Shown: positions 37,576 through 48,122 of the stretch, piece after piece | Position numbering within the stretch: the first letter of the stretch is position 1 | Layout: each line of letters opens with the position of its first letter | Source of the DNA: an uncultured Gemmatimonadaceae bacterium | Lineage (GTDB): Bacteria; Gemmatimonadota; Gemmatimonadetes; Gemmatimonadales; Gemmatimonadaceae | Assembly: GCA_963781585.1 (NCBI GenBank) | Contig: CAWAGQ010000009.1 | Span: 32,001-96,000, forward strand | DNA: 64,000 bases | Reading direction: 5' to 3' | The notes under the pieces: generated by a model | What the model saw: only the letters and a program-made list of their open reading frames with translations | The model's database searches: none | Told to the model about the DNA's origin: nothing | Program-made: the position numbers and the translations under genes

Positions 37576-39879
37576 ATGCCTGTTGCCGACACCTCCGAGC
37601 CCGGTCATCGCCCGTCGTACGGAGCGGCCGCGATCGCGGCCCTGCTCGTGTTCATCCTGTACGTCATCACGCTGGGGCCTTCCACGGCCATGTGGGACAC
37701 GAGCGAGTACATCGTGGCGGCGTACGTGCTGGGGTTGCCGCACCCACCCGGCAATCCGCTGTTCGTGCTGCTGGGCCACGTGTTCACCCTGCTTCCGTTC
37801 GGTGGCAGTCCGGCGGTCCGGGTCAATCTGCTGGCGGCCCTGTGCAGTGCCGTCTCAGCGGGTCTCTGGTTCCTGGTGGCGGAGCACGTGCTCGCACGCT
37901 GGCTCACCCATCGATGGCAGCGGATGGCCGGCGGCGGCCTGGCCGCGCTGCTGGGCGCCACGGCGTTCACCGTCTGGAGTCAGTCGGTGGTGAACGAGAA
38001 GGTGTACACGGTCGCGTTGCTGGGCGTCGCCCTGGTCTCCTGGCTCACAATTCGCTGGATGGACCAGCCCGATGGACGGCGCGGCGACCGCCTGCTTGTG
38101 CTCGTCGCGTACCTGCTGGGACTCGGTTACGCGAACCACATGGCGGGCTTCATCCCGGGACCCGCCGTTGCCACCGCGGTGCTCATTCGGCGTCCGGCCA
38201 CCTTGCGGCGCTGGCGTCTGCTCCTGGCGTGCGTCGGTGCACTGGTGCTCGGTCTCACCCCGTTCGCCACGCAGCCGATCCGGGCGGCGCACTTCCCCGC
38301 CGAGAACGAGGGGGAGCCTACCGGGTGTCGAACCGAATTCCACTGGAACTGCACGTTCAGCGCGCGAACGTGGGATGCATTCAAGTACAACTTCAATCGC
38401 GAACAATTCGGGAAGCCGTCGCTCCTGCAACGACAGGCGCCGATCACGGCGCAGGTCGGCATGTGGTGGACGTACTTCCGCTGGCAGTGGTTCCGCGACG
38501 CGTACGATCGTATGCCCGCAGTGCAGGCCGCGATGGCGGGATTTTTCCTGGTGCTCGGGCTCGTGGGCGCGTGGATACACTGGCAGCGCGACCGGCGCAG
38601 CTTCTGGTATTTCGGGCCGCTGATGGGGACCCTCACGCTGCTGCTGATCGTCTATCTGAACTTCAGGTACGGATACTCGCAGTCGCTCCAACTGGGGAGC
38701 GCGGTGCCGCGTGAAGTGCGCGATCGTGACTACTTCTACCTCTGGAGCTTCTCGGCCTGGAGTGTGTGGGCGGCGCTCGGACTGATGTTCGTCTGGGAGT
38801 CGATCGCCGAACTCGTCACCGGCCTGACTTCGCGGGTCAGCGGTGCGGCGCGGCCGCGGTGGCGCGGATGGGCCGTCGCGGCACCGGTGATCGCAGTTGC
38901 CTTCTTTCCACTCTTCGGCAACTGGTCCGTGGCCACCCGGCACCGCGATACGACCACCCGCGACTTCGCGCACGACATGCTCGATTCGGTGGAGCCGTAC
39001 GGCATCCTGGTGGTGGCCGGTGACAACGACACGTTTCCGCTCTGGTACGCGCAGGAAGTGGAAGGCATTCGCCGCGACGTGGTAGTGGCCAACACCGAAC
39101 TCCTGAACACCGACTGGTACGTGCGGCAGCTGATCAGGATGCCCGTCCGCGAGTACGATGAAGCGAAGGGTCCCGCGATCTACCGCGGGAAGGTCTGGTC
39201 GAGGCCATCGGGGCCGGTCCTGCACATGACGCTCGATGAGGCGGACACGATGCCGCTGATGTACCAGGTACAGGACACGTCGGTGTTCGTCGGACCGGGA
39301 GACATTCGGGCGACGATCACGCCGCGCGTGCTGACGAAGGCGGACGTCGCGGTGTTCCACCTGATCCAGGACAACCCCGATCGGCCGATTTACTTCGGGG
39401 TCACGACGGCCGACTACCCGCAGCAGCTGGGACTGGGCCCGTGGCTGGTGACCCAGGGTCTCGCCCGAAAGCTGGCGCAGCACCGTCCGGTCGCGACGCG
39501 CGACACGGTGCTCGTCGCGGGACAGGGCTTCGTGGACGTCGCGCGCAGCCGCGATCTCTGGCTGGAGGATTCACTGGGACCGCGATCGTTCGACCGGAAG
39601 GGCGGATGGCCCGACCGCGCTTCGCTCAACGTGCCGGTGAGCTATCTCGTCACGGGGCTGCTGCTCACCCAGGTGCTGCATTGGGTGGGGCAGGATTCGG
39701 CGGCCACGGCGGTCCTCGCGCAGTCGAAACGGATCGCCGAGGTCACGCGACTGGCCGATCAGATTGACTTCAAGTCGTACGAGACCCCGTCCCGAGCGCC
39801 CGTTCCGCCTGGCCTCGACTCCGACACCAGGCCAAGGGATTCGGTGCCGGTCGGGCGCGGTAGCCCGCGACAGCGCTGA
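37576..39879 (+). CDS. DUF2723/TMEM260-like GT-C membrane glycosyltransferase
   Basis: WDTSEY...GLPHPPGNPL, WSQSVVNEKVY, REVRDRDYF and GDNDTFPLWYAQEVEG. Confidence 0.88.
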   Translation: MPVADTSEPGHRPSYGAAAIAALLVFILYVITLGPSTAMWDTSEYIVAAYVLGLPHPPGNPLFVLLGHVFTLLPFGGSPAVRVNLLAALCSAVSAGLWFLVAEHVLARWLTHRWQRMAGGGLAALLGATAFTVWSQSVVNEKVYTVALLGVALVSWLTIRWMDQPDGRRGDRLLVLVAYLLGLGYANHMAGFIPGPAVATAVLIRRPATLRRWRLLLACVGALVLGLTPFATQPIRAAHFPAENEGEPTGCRTEFHWNCTFSARTWDAFKYNFNREQFGKPSLLQRQAPITAQVGMWWTYFRWQWFRDAYDRMPAVQAAMAGFFLVLGLVGAWIHWQRDRRSFWYFGPLMGTLTLLLIVYLNFRYGYSQSLQLGSAVPREVRDRDYFYLWSFSAWSVWAALGLMFVWESIAELVTGLTSRVSGAARPRWRGWAVAAPVIAVAFFPLFGNWSVATRHRDTTTRDFAHDMLDSVEPYGILVVAGDNDTFPLWYAQEVEGIRRDVVVANTELLNTDWYVRQLIRMPVREYDEAKGPAIYRGKVWSRPSGPVLHMTLDEADTMPLMYQVQDTSVFVGPGDIRATITPRVLTKADVAVFHLIQDNPDRPIYFGVTTADYPQQLGLGPWLVTQGLARKLAQHRPVATRDTVLVAGQGFVDVARSRDLWLEDSLGPRSFDRKGGWPDRASLNVPVSYLVTGLLLTQVLHWVGQDSAATAVLAQSKRIAEVTRLADQIDFKSYETPSRAPVPPGLDSDTRPRDSVPVGRGSPRQR

Positions 39880-39886
39880 CGGCGCG

Positions 39887-41401
39887 TCACCCCTCCACAA
39901 TCGTGCGGATGTCGTCATCGAGGTCGCGGGCGGCACGGCGCCGCGTCACGAACGACACCGCGACGAATACCAGCAGTGACGCCACCAGCGCCAGTGCGGT
40001 CGCGGTGACGCCGGCCGGAAACGTGAACACGCCGAAATGGGCCAGGCTCTCGAAGACGAGAGTCACGACGAGGCCGGTCGACATCGATGCGATTGCGCCG
40101 GACCGGGTACCGCCCGTCCAGTTCATGCCCACGGCCAGCGCCGGCACCAGCGTCGAGGCAAAGAGGCCCCAGCCGAAGATGCCGAGGAACGCAACCAGGG
40201 TGCGCGAGAGTGTGGCCACGAGGGCGGCGACGGCGGCAATGGCAATGGTTGCGACACGCCCCCACAGGAGCTCGTCGCGCACCCGGCGCCCGAGCGCAAC
40301 GGCGAGGTCGTGCGTCACCGCCGCGGCGCCGACGTTGAGAAACGAGTTCACGGTGCTCATGATCGCGGCCGCGACGCCGGCGAACACGATCGCCGCGAGG
40401 GCGAGCGGCGTGTAACCGATCAGGAAGAGCGGCGCGGCATCATCGGGGCGCGCCAGCGCCGGCAGTCCGCCGCGGGCAACCAGCGCCCGGACCACGATGC
40501 CGACGCCGATGAACAGGAGCTGCGCGACGACGATGGCGACCCCGCTGAGGAGGGGATACCACCTGAGCCGACGGGGATCGCGGATCATGTAGAACTTGTG
40601 CAGGACATGGGGTTGCCCGACCGCACCGACGCCGAAGACGAAGTAGAGAGACAGTGCGGCGAGGGGGGTCATTCTGCCCCACGGCGACAGGAAGGCCGGA
40701 TCGACCGGGACGATGGCTCCGGCCGCCCCGCCCAGGCTCGCGCCCACCCGTAACACGTAGGCGAATACCAGCAGCGACGCGACCGCCATGACCGTCCCCT
40801 GAAAGAGATCGGTGTAGACGCCGGCCTTGATGCCGCCCGATGCCGAGTAGGCCAGCGTCACCAGGGTGCCGATCCAGAGGCCTGGCGCGAGTCCGGTGCC
40901 GAAGACGCCGTCGATCACCACGCCTAACGCGAGGACATTGGTGGCCATGTAGCCGACCACCGCCACCAGAATCGCAACCGCCGCCAGTCCCTGCGCGGCG
41001 CGGGACCGATAGCGCGCACCGATCGCATCGGGAATGGTGAACACTCCGCGCGCGTCGGCGAGCAGGCGAAGCCGGGTCCCCAGCGTCCACCCCACCAGCG
41101 ACGACGTGACGGCCACCGGCAGCACGATGAAGGCGGCGCCGAGTCCCTCCGCATAGACGAGCCCCGGACCGCCGATGAACGAGAAGCCCGAGATGGTGGC
41201 CGCCATGGCGGCGATCGACATCGTCCAGATGCCGAGCTGCTTTCCCGCCAGGAAGAAGTCGCCGGCAGTGCGGGTACGCCGAGTGGCCCAGACCGCAATC
41301 GCGGCCACCACCGCAAAGTAGCCAAGCGAGACGCCCGCGATGACCGGTCGCGAAAGCGCCGGCAGCGTCGTCGCCTGGACGGCCAGAAGCCCGGTCAGCA
41401 C
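39887..41401 (-). CDS. Sodium:solute symporter (PutP/PanF-like)
   Basis: DFFLAG, SGFSFIGGPG, YTDLFQG, GQPHVL and AAIMSTVNS. Confidence 0.9.
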   Translation of the reverse strand: MLTGLLAVQATTLPALSRPVIAGVSLGYFAVVAAIAVWATRRTRTAGDFFLAGKQLGIWTMSIAAMAATISGFSFIGGPGLVYAEGLGAAFIVLPVAVTSSLVGWTLGTRLRLLADARGVFTIPDAIGARYRSRAAQGLAAVAILVAVVGYMATNVLALGVVIDGVFGTGLAPGLWIGTLVTLAYSASGGIKAGVYTDLFQGTVMAVASLLVFAYVLRVGASLGGAAGAIVPVDPAFLSPWGRMTPLAALSLYFVFGVGAVGQPHVLHKFYMIRDPRRLRWYPLLSGVAIVVAQLLFIGVGIVVRALVARGGLPALARPDDAAPLFLIGYTPLALAAIVFAGVAAAIMSTVNSFLNVGAAAVTHDLAVALGRRVRDELLWGRVATIAIAAVAALVATLSRTLVAFLGIFGWGLFASTLVPALAVGMNWTGGTRSGAIASMSTGLVVTLVFESLAHFGVFTFPAGVTATALALVASLLVFVAVSFVTRRRAARDLDDDIRTIVEG

Positions 41402-41471
41402 CGGCTCGGCGTATCCGCGCCGACGACCCGATCGCGGTCGGTCGGCAACGCGCTACCCGTCCGATCGCTGG

Positions 41472-41981
41472 TCATTCACGCGGACGCGCTGGTTCCTTCG
41501 GGGTGTCGCCCGCGGCATCCGTGGGAATCGACCGCGCATCAGGCACGTGGCGCATGACACGGTCCGGATCGAGGGGCGATGCGTCGAAGGTCCACGCGTA
41601 CCCGAGCGACACGAGCACCAGCAGCAGCGCCCCCGCGCCGTACATGACAATTGCGGACGGAAGCGGGAGACCGAGGGCTACGCGGGTTTCCGTCCGACCA
41701 CCGGAGGACCACAGCAGGCCGGCCGCGAAGGACGCCAGCAGCGCAAGGAATGTCCCGATGAACAGGCCCGTCATCGCACGCGACCGGCGCCCCGGGCGCA
41801 GCGCTCCCAGCGCCATCATGGACGTCACGAGACCGGCCACACCGACGGCCATCAACCAGGCGCCGACGCGCTCGCCGGCATCGCCGGCGAACGCGGACAG
41901 ACAGGCGGCGGCCACCAGCACTGTGGACAGCACCACCAGGCGGAACGGGTAGTGCGGTTCCGGCGTGAACGGAGGCCTCAT
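41472..41981 (-). CDS. Hypothetical 4-TM membrane protein upstream of the symporter
   Basis: Four hydrophobic segments; co-oriented between msrQ and the SSS gene. Confidence 0.65.
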   Translation of the reverse strand: MRPPFTPEPHYPFRLVVLSTVLVAAACLSAFAGDAGERVGAWLMAVGVAGLVTSMMALGALRPGRRSRAMTGLFIGTFLALLASFAAGLLWSSGGRTETRVALGLPLPSAIVMYGAGALLLVLVSLGYAWTFDASPLDPDRVMRHVPDARSIPTDAAGDTPKEPARPRE

Positions 41982-41997
41982 GGGTGCGGGAACGCCG

Positions 41998-42750
41998 CTA
42001 CACGGCCGCCGTCGATTGCGCGATGGTCCGTTCGCGCGCCATCCGCTTGCGCCGTGTGGCCGTCGCGGCCGACACCCGGTATCCCAGCAGCGCCGTGAAG
42101 ATGACGGCGAAGATGAGGGGGTCGGTGATGTCGCGTTTCACGGACATCCAGAAGTGGATCGTGCCCAGGACAGCGGAGGCGTAGACCGTGCGGTGGAGGG
42201 CATTCCAGCGCTTGCTCCCGAGCCACCGGATCGACGCCTTGGTGGACGTGAGTGCGAGCGGCACCAGCAGGAGGAAGCCGATCATCCCGAGCGTGATGTA
42301 CTTCCGCTTCATGACGTCTGCTACGAGGTCGGCCCAACGCAGCTCCACATCGAGCACGAAGTAGATGGTGAGGTGTGAGACGATGTAGAGGAACGCGAAG
42401 AGCCCGAAGATGCGGCGGTAGGGGATGAGCCATCCTTGCCGGGTGAGGCGGATGGCGGGGGTCACAGCGAGGCAGGCGGCGAGGAATCGCAGATTCCAGT
42501 CGCCGGTGAAGTGCTCCATCGCCTTGATGGGGTTGGCGCCGAAGTGGCGCGTGCCGGCGTAGTAGTCGGAGAGGAAGCCGAAGACGAGCCAGGCGAAGGG
42601 CAGGAAGCCGGCGGCGATGACGAGCGGTTTGAGCCAGCGCGGGGGTTTGATGGCGCGCGCGTTGGAACGGTGACGCGCTGTTGCGGCATCGGCACCATAT
42701 TCTGTTTTGGGGGGGGCCCCCCGCGCTTCCATCGTCCGCGGCGCCGTCAT
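41998..42750 (-). CDS. msrQ: Protein-methionine-sulfoxide reductase heme-binding subunit
   Basis: HFTGDW, YRRIFGL..F.Y...HL, PLALTS and WNALHR.VY...H; TGATG overlap with msrP. Confidence 0.9.
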   Translation of the reverse strand: MTAPRTMEARGAPPKTEYGADAATARHRSNARAIKPPRWLKPLVIAAGFLPFAWLVFGFLSDYYAGTRHFGANPIKAMEHFTGDWNLRFLAACLAVTPAIRLTRQGWLIPYRRIFGLFAFLYIVSHLTIYFVLDVELRWADLVADVMKRKYITLGMIGFLLLVPLALTSTKASIRWLGSKRWNALHRTVYASAVLGTIHFWMSVKRDITDPLIFAVIFTALLGYRVSAATATRRKRMARERTIAQSTAAV

Positions 42751-43748
42751 CAGTAATAGCGGCGCAAATCCATTCCGGCGTAGAGCCTCGCCACCTGGTC
42801 CGCGTAGCCGTTGAACATCAGTGTCGGCTTCGACCGGAAACTGCCGATGATGCGCTCCCGGGCCTGGCTCCACCGGGGATGGTCCACCTCGGGATTCACG
42901 TTCGCGTAGAACCCGTACTCGTTAGGCGCGGCCACGTTCCATGCCGTCCTCGGCTCCTTGTCGGTGAGCCGGATCTTCACAATCGACTTGCATCCCTTGA
43001 ACCCGTACTTCCACGGCACCACGTGGCGCAGCGGCGCACCGTTCTGGCCCGGCAGCATCTTCCCGTACACTCCCACCACGAACAACGCCAGCGGATGCAT
43101 CGCCTCATCCATCCGCAGCCCTTCCACGTAGGGCCACTCCAGCACCGGAATCCGTTGACCGGGCATCTGCTTCGGATCGTAGAGCGTCGTCAGCTCGACA
43201 TACTTTGCCGAGGGCTGCGGCTGCGCCGCCTTGAGCAGATCGGCCATCGGGAAGCCCATCCACGGAATGACCATCGACCACGCCTCCACACAACGGTGCC
43301 GGTAGATCCGCTCCTCCAGCTTGTACGGCTTGATGAAGTCCTCGAGATGGTAGTCCGCCGGCTTCGCCACCATCCCTTCCACCCGCACCGTCCACGGCGT
43401 GGTGCGGAAGTTCTTCGCGTTGGCCGCGGGATCTTCCTTGTCCGTCCCGAACTCATAGAAGTTGTTGTAGCCGGTCACGTCGTCCAGTGACGTCAGTTCC
43501 TTCCTCAGCTCGGCGCCGAACTCCGGGGTGCCCTGGCCGCCCGGTGTGGGCTCCGCGTCACCCGGGACGCTGCCCCCGACGCCGCGCACCGCGTCGAGGG
43601 CGCGAGCCAGAGCCGGTGCGGCCACGCTGGCGGCGGCGATTCCGAGCAGGCCGGCCTTCCGCAGGAAATCGCGGCGCCCATGATATGTCGCCTCGTCAGT
43701 GATCTCCGACGAGCGGACCGGATGCGGCGGAGTGACACGAATCAGCAT
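42750..43748 (-). CDS. msrP: Protein-methionine-sulfoxide reductase catalytic molybdo-subunit
   Basis: Tat motif [40 protein letters not shown] and [10 protein letters not shown]. Confidence 0.96.
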   Translation of the reverse strand: MLIRVTPPHPVRSSEITDEATYHGRRDFLRKAGLLGIAAASVAAPALARALDAVRGVGGSVPGDAEPTPGGQGTPEFGAELRKELTSLDDVTGYNNFYEFGTDKEDPAANAKNFRTTPWTVRVEGMVAKPADYHLEDFIKPYKLEERIYRHRCVEAWSMVIPWMGFPMADLLKAAQPQPSAKYVELTTLYDPKQMPGQRIPVLEWPYVEGLRMDEAMHPLALFVVGVYGKMLPGQNGAPLRHVVPWKYGFKGCKSIVKIRLTDKEPRTAWNVAAPNEYGFYANVNPEVDHPRWSQARERIIGSFRSKPTLMFNGYADQVARLYAGMDLRRYY

Positions 43749-43848
43749 GAAACACGCTCCTCACGGTGCAGGTCCTTCCCACAAGGCCAGGGCGCGACGG
43801 CGCCACAGGCTACTTATCGCCAAATCGTCGCCTGAGGTTCCCGTATCG

Positions 43849-44352
43849 TCAAACGGCCGGCGGCTGCATGCCCCACCGGGCCCACGACTGCTTCGACGGT
43901 CCCACCACATCGGGCACCTCGCATCCCGCCTGACGCATGAGCACGGTCATCTGGCCGCGGTGATGCGCTTCGTGCACGATCATGGCGAGGAGCGTGTATC
44001 CCCTCGTCCAGGGCTCTCCGTACATGTCGTCCACCACGCGCAGCGTTTCGTCGTTCCATTTCCCCGTGACTTGTGATAGAGTCGAAAGGCTCGCCGTGGC
44101 GTAGGCGTCCGCAACCTCCTTCGCCGTGGCCGGGACCGGTGCCCGCACCGGCGGACCCGCGATCTCGAGCCCGGTGCGCCGCATGGTGTCACCGACGCTG
44201 GTTGTAAGGTGCCAGGCGATCCGGCCGAGCGTGCGATAGCCTTCGGCCACGACTTGAGCGAGCGAGGCGTCGGTGAGGGCGTTCATGAGGCGTTGCGTGG
44301 CAGTAATCTGGTTTTCGTACGCCCCGCGAAAGGAGGCGATCGTCTCGAACAT
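43849..44352 (-). CDS. DinB family protein
   Basis: TLGRIAWH and HEAHHRGQMTVLMRQAG. Confidence 0.9.
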   Translation of the reverse strand: MFETIASFRGAYENQITATQRLMNALTDASLAQVVAEGYRTLGRIAWHLTTSVGDTMRRTGLEIAGPPVRAPVPATAKEVADAYATASLSTLSQVTGKWNDETLRVVDDMYGEPWTRGYTLLAMIVHEAHHRGQMTVLMRQAGCEVPDVVGPSKQSWARWGMQPPAV

Positions 44353-44468
44353 GGTCTTCCTCGTGGAGTGATCCCCACGGAACAAGGCATCCCGGCACCG
44401 AATCGTGCAACGGCAGCGCAGCGGCATACGCGCCGTTCATCCCTGTTGACCTGAACTCTTCGCGACTC

Positions 44469-45578
44469 GTGGTCACAACGTTCCTGGGAAATTCCCTCAT
44501 CGACTGGATCAGAGCGGGCGTGGTCTTCACGCTCGTTCTGGTGGGGCTGCTCACCGCGCGCCGCGTCATCGTAGGCCGCCTCGAAGCCATCGCGAAAAAG
44601 ACGACGACCGACGTCGACGACTTCTTCGTCAGCCTGCTCCGGAGCATCCGGCCGTATCTGATCGTCGCGCTGGCGCTCGCCACCGCGGCGCGTGTCCTGG
44701 TCTTCCCCAGCGGTGTCACCGCGTCGGTGGACAAATGGATCCACGTGATCACGCAGCTGGCGATTCTCCTCCAGGTGGGCCTGTGGGGGAACGCGCTCAT
44801 CGCGTACTGGATCCGGCACTGGGCAGAACGGCGCGTCGGCGAGAGCGTCAGCATCACGACGCTGGCTGCCTTCGGCGCGCTGGCGCGCGTCGCCGTATGG
44901 CTGCTCCTCGCCCTGTTCGCGCTGCGGAACACCTTCGGACAGGAGATCACACCGCTCATCACCGGTCTGGGCATCGGCGGCGTGGCCGTGGCCCTGGCGG
45001 TGCAGAATATCCTCGGCGACATCTTCGCCGCGCTCGCGATCGTGGTGGACAAGCCCTTTCTGGTCGGTGAGGCGATGACGGTAGGCGACCTGACAGGCAT
45101 CGTGGAGCACATCGGCCTCAAGACCACGCGTCTGCGCAGCGTGAACGGCGAACAGCTGGTGTTCTCCAACAGCGACCTGCTCCAGTCGCGAATGCGCAAC
45201 TGGTCGCGAATGCGGGAACGGCGCGTCGTCTTTTCGATCGGCGTGACCTATGACACGAGCCCGGCGCTGGCGCGCCACATACCCGATCTGGTGCGCGACA
45301 TCGTCAGCGCCACCGACAAGGCCCGGTTCGACCGGTGCCATTTCGTCGCGTACGGCGATTCCTCGCTCAATTACGAGATCGTGTACTGGGTCACGACGCC
45401 AGACTACCTGGACTACCGCAACACGCTGCACGCGGTCAACGTGGGAATCCTCGCCAGGTTCGCGGAGGTCGGCATCGAGTTCGCGTTCCCGACGCGAACC
45501 CTGCAGATCCAGTCACCGGAGCGTGCAATTGCCGCCGACGGCGCCCCGCAGGCCCCGTCGTCAGCGCCCCGCGCCTAG
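44469..45578 (+). CDS. Small-conductance mechanosensitive channel (MscS family)
   Basis: LGIGGVAVALAVQ, DKPFLVGE, GIVEHIGLKTTRLRS and IEFAFP. Confidence 0.92.
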   Translation: MVTTFLGNSLIDWIRAGVVFTLVLVGLLTARRVIVGRLEAIAKKTTTDVDDFFVSLLRSIRPYLIVALALATAARVLVFPSGVTASVDKWIHVITQLAILLQVGLWGNALIAYWIRHWAERRVGESVSITTLAAFGALARVAVWLLLALFALRNTFGQEITPLITGLGIGGVAVALAVQNILGDIFAALAIVVDKPFLVGEAMTVGDLTGIVEHIGLKTTRLRSVNGEQLVFSNSDLLQSRMRNWSRMRERRVVFSIGVTYDTSPALARHIPDLVRDIVSATDKARFDRCHFVAYGDSSLNYEIVYWVTTPDYLDYRNTLHAVNVGILARFAEVGIEFAFPTRTLQIQSPERAIAADGAPQAPSSAPRA

Positions 45579-47920
45579 CGCCCAGCCATGCACCGGTCCA
45601 GGGCGGCACCGCCAGGAGGCGACGGGAAGGCCGTGCGCGCCTCGCCGGCTCGCTCACCGGCCAGAGCGCGCCAGAGAATGGCATCTCGCAGATCCCGCAG
45701 CATCGCCTCGGTGAGCTCAGGGTTCCACGGCGGTCCGTCGAACACCCGCAGCGGCCCGCTACCCGCCGGGGCGTAGTGGCTGGCAAACGCCCGCCACCTC
45801 CGCACCACGCCGCGCGCACGCGCCTCGGCCGCCAGGCCGATCATGGTCCGCGCCGCGCGACCATCCGTGCTGCGGTCGGCGTAGGCATCCACCAGGCACT
45901 CCCACGCCCCGGACGACCCCGCCTCGCTCCGGAATAGCGCCGTCGCCGCATCCGTGGCGGAGAAGGCGAAGGTCGACGGGTGATGCAGATCGATGGCCGA
46001 GATCGGCGCCTCGAGCACGTCACGCACCAGCTCCTGCACCGAGTACCGTCGATCGGCCCCGTACCGGTCCGAATACCATTCCCGCAATTCCGCCGGGACA
46101 ATCGTCATTCCCTCGAGCGCGCTGAGCGTGGCACTCCCACCGTCGTGCGCCAGTTCAGGCGACATGGCCGATCCGTATCCTGTGAGCATCGCGTCCTGCA
46201 CGGCACTCAGATAGCCGTTCATGCGTCCGTCGCGTGACAGGGAGGCACTGACGAACCAGTCCACGCTCCGCGCAAAAACTTCGGTCGGACGCGTCCGCGG
46301 GTCGGTACGCCCGTACAGCGTGTCGGGCCTGAGAGCACTCGCCATCTGTCGAAGCGCACCAGCCAGCAGATCGGTAGACTGCCGCACCGCACGGTCGGTG
46401 CGATACCCCACGGTGCTGCCGTAGTAATGCCGAGCCGCGAGCCAATCGAGGTCGTGCGCGAGCTCGTGCGCCATCACGCCCGCGCTGCTCGCCACCGGGA
46501 AGTAGATCGTGCGGCTCACGGGATCGTGAAGCGCGAGCGCGCGCTCGTGCAGCGGGCTGTCGCCGAAGTGCACGTGCAACCCGTGGGGATCGTACGCCGG
46601 GAAGACGCGGCGGAAGTCGTCCAGCGCATTGGCCAGATTCCGCCGGAGGTATGCCCGCCAATCGGTCGGAACGTCGCGATCGAAGGACAACGACACTCCA
46701 TAGCGCAATTGCAGGTCACGCGCACCCGGTGCCTCGTCGTCGGGCAACCACGCCCTTTCCTGCGCGTATGGCCGAAGCGAGACGCTTGCGGTCAACACGG
46801 CCGCCGCAGCAACCGGAGTTGGCCGGTCCAGTCGGCTCCTCAACAGGGCGAATTCCGCCGCCAGCGTCTCCTCGCTCCGTGCCATGGCGACGAACCGCTG
46901 CATCACGCCGCGCTCAACCATTGACGTCAGTGTGCGAGCCGCCAAAGGACCATACCCGGTGACTGTGACCGTCACCGGGGCCTCGGGCGGACTGCCTCTG
47001 CTCTGCGCAATGGCGGCCATTCGCCGCGCGACTCCTTCGCCCGGGCGGGCGAGTGCCGGCGCATGTTCCGAGCTGGCGGTCGAGGCCGCGGCTCGGCGCT
47101 CATCGTTGTCATCCACGAACGACGTATCCAGACCTGCCAGTGCGTCGATCCTCGCTACGATTCCCGCAACGTCGTCGACGGCCGCGCGCTCGGCACGCGG
47201 TGGCAACGGGTCGATGAGCGGACGCTCCACCGCGAAATGCCGCGAGTCGCGCCAGACCCGGAGCAGCACGAACGGGTCAGCGTTCGCGTCCTCGGCGGCT
47301 TCGATCAGGCGCTGAGCGTCGCGCATCGCAAGTACGCGATCCCGAATCTGCGCCGCGGCGCATGAGGCCAGCTCGATTGCCCGGGGGGCCGCACCCTCGG
47401 TTGCAACGGCGAGCTGATAGGCCAACCGCACCGCCAGCTCGCCCGTGCGCGGATCGTGCTCCCGGCGCACGGCCGCTTCGATGAGGGAGAGATGCTGGGC
47501 GCCCGCGCCCCCTTCCCGTGCCTCGGCATCCGGGCTGGCCATGTCCAGCGCGCCGGGATCGATCTGATAGCCCTGTCCGGACAGCGTACGCGCCAGCAGG
47601 GAAAAAGCCAGCTGCCGGCGCCGCGACGTCTCCACCGAGGAGTCGCGCAGCACCTGGTCGATCAGTCGGAAGGGACTCCCCACCCCAAGTCGCTGCCGCT
47701 CCAGATAGAGCGCCATCAGCGCGTCCGATGCCGGGATGGCGTTCGCCGGTTGGACCGACAGCGCCAGCTCCAGCGAGTCAGCGAAGCGTTCGCCCTGAAG
47801 AAGCTGGGGGCGGTATGAGACACGATCGGACCGGGACGCCGAACGCACGGCGAGCACGCCCAAGGCGGCCGCGGCTACCGCCGCGCATCCGATTGCCAGA
47901 AGCCACTTCGACTGTCTCAC
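45575..47920 (-). CDS. Hypothetical 781-aa membrane-anchored protein with a zincin HExxH motif
   Basis: N-terminal hydrophobic anchor; VMAHELAHDLDW; downstream PTEVFAR. Confidence 0.7.
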   Translation of the reverse strand: MRQSKWLLAIGCAAVAAAALGVLAVRSASRSDRVSYRPQLLQGERFADSLELALSVQPANAIPASDALMALYLERQRLGVGSPFRLIDQVLRDSSVETSRRRQLAFSLLARTLSGQGYQIDPGALDMASPDAEAREGGAGAQHLSLIEAAVRREHDPRTGELAVRLAYQLAVATEGAAPRAIELASCAAAQIRDRVLAMRDAQRLIEAAEDANADPFVLLRVWRDSRHFAVERPLIDPLPPRAERAAVDDVAGIVARIDALAGLDTSFVDDNDERRAAASTASSEHAPALARPGEGVARRMAAIAQSRGSPPEAPVTVTVTGYGPLAARTLTSMVERGVMQRFVAMARSEETLAAEFALLRSRLDRPTPVAAAAVLTASVSLRPYAQERAWLPDDEAPGARDLQLRYGVSLSFDRDVPTDWRAYLRRNLANALDDFRRVFPAYDPHGLHVHFGDSPLHERALALHDPVSRTIYFPVASSAGVMAHELAHDLDWLAARHYYGSTVGYRTDRAVRQSTDLLAGALRQMASALRPDTLYGRTDPRTRPTEVFARSVDWFVSASLSRDGRMNGYLSAVQDAMLTGYGSAMSPELAHDGGSATLSALEGMTIVPAELREWYSDRYGADRRYSVQELVRDVLEAPISAIDLHHPSTFAFSATDAATALFRSEAGSSGAWECLVDAYADRSTDGRAARTMIGLAAEARARGVVRRWRAFASHYAPAGSGPLRVFDGPPWNPELTEAMLRDLRDAILWRALAGERAGEARTAFPSPPGGAALDRCMAGR

Positions 47921-48122
47921 TGCAACACCATCAGAATGTCCCGCTCATCCGTGGGTTCGAACCCAAATGGTCGTTCTGTCCCCTTGTCCGCCTGCTGGCC
48001 AGCCGGAACCGGGTGACCGACGTCCGCATGCAGATTCGACAGATGAACCCCGGAATTGGTCACCCGCCAATCATACATCGGTTCCCGGCACTGCTGACCG
48101 CGGCGATTACCTTTACCTCACA

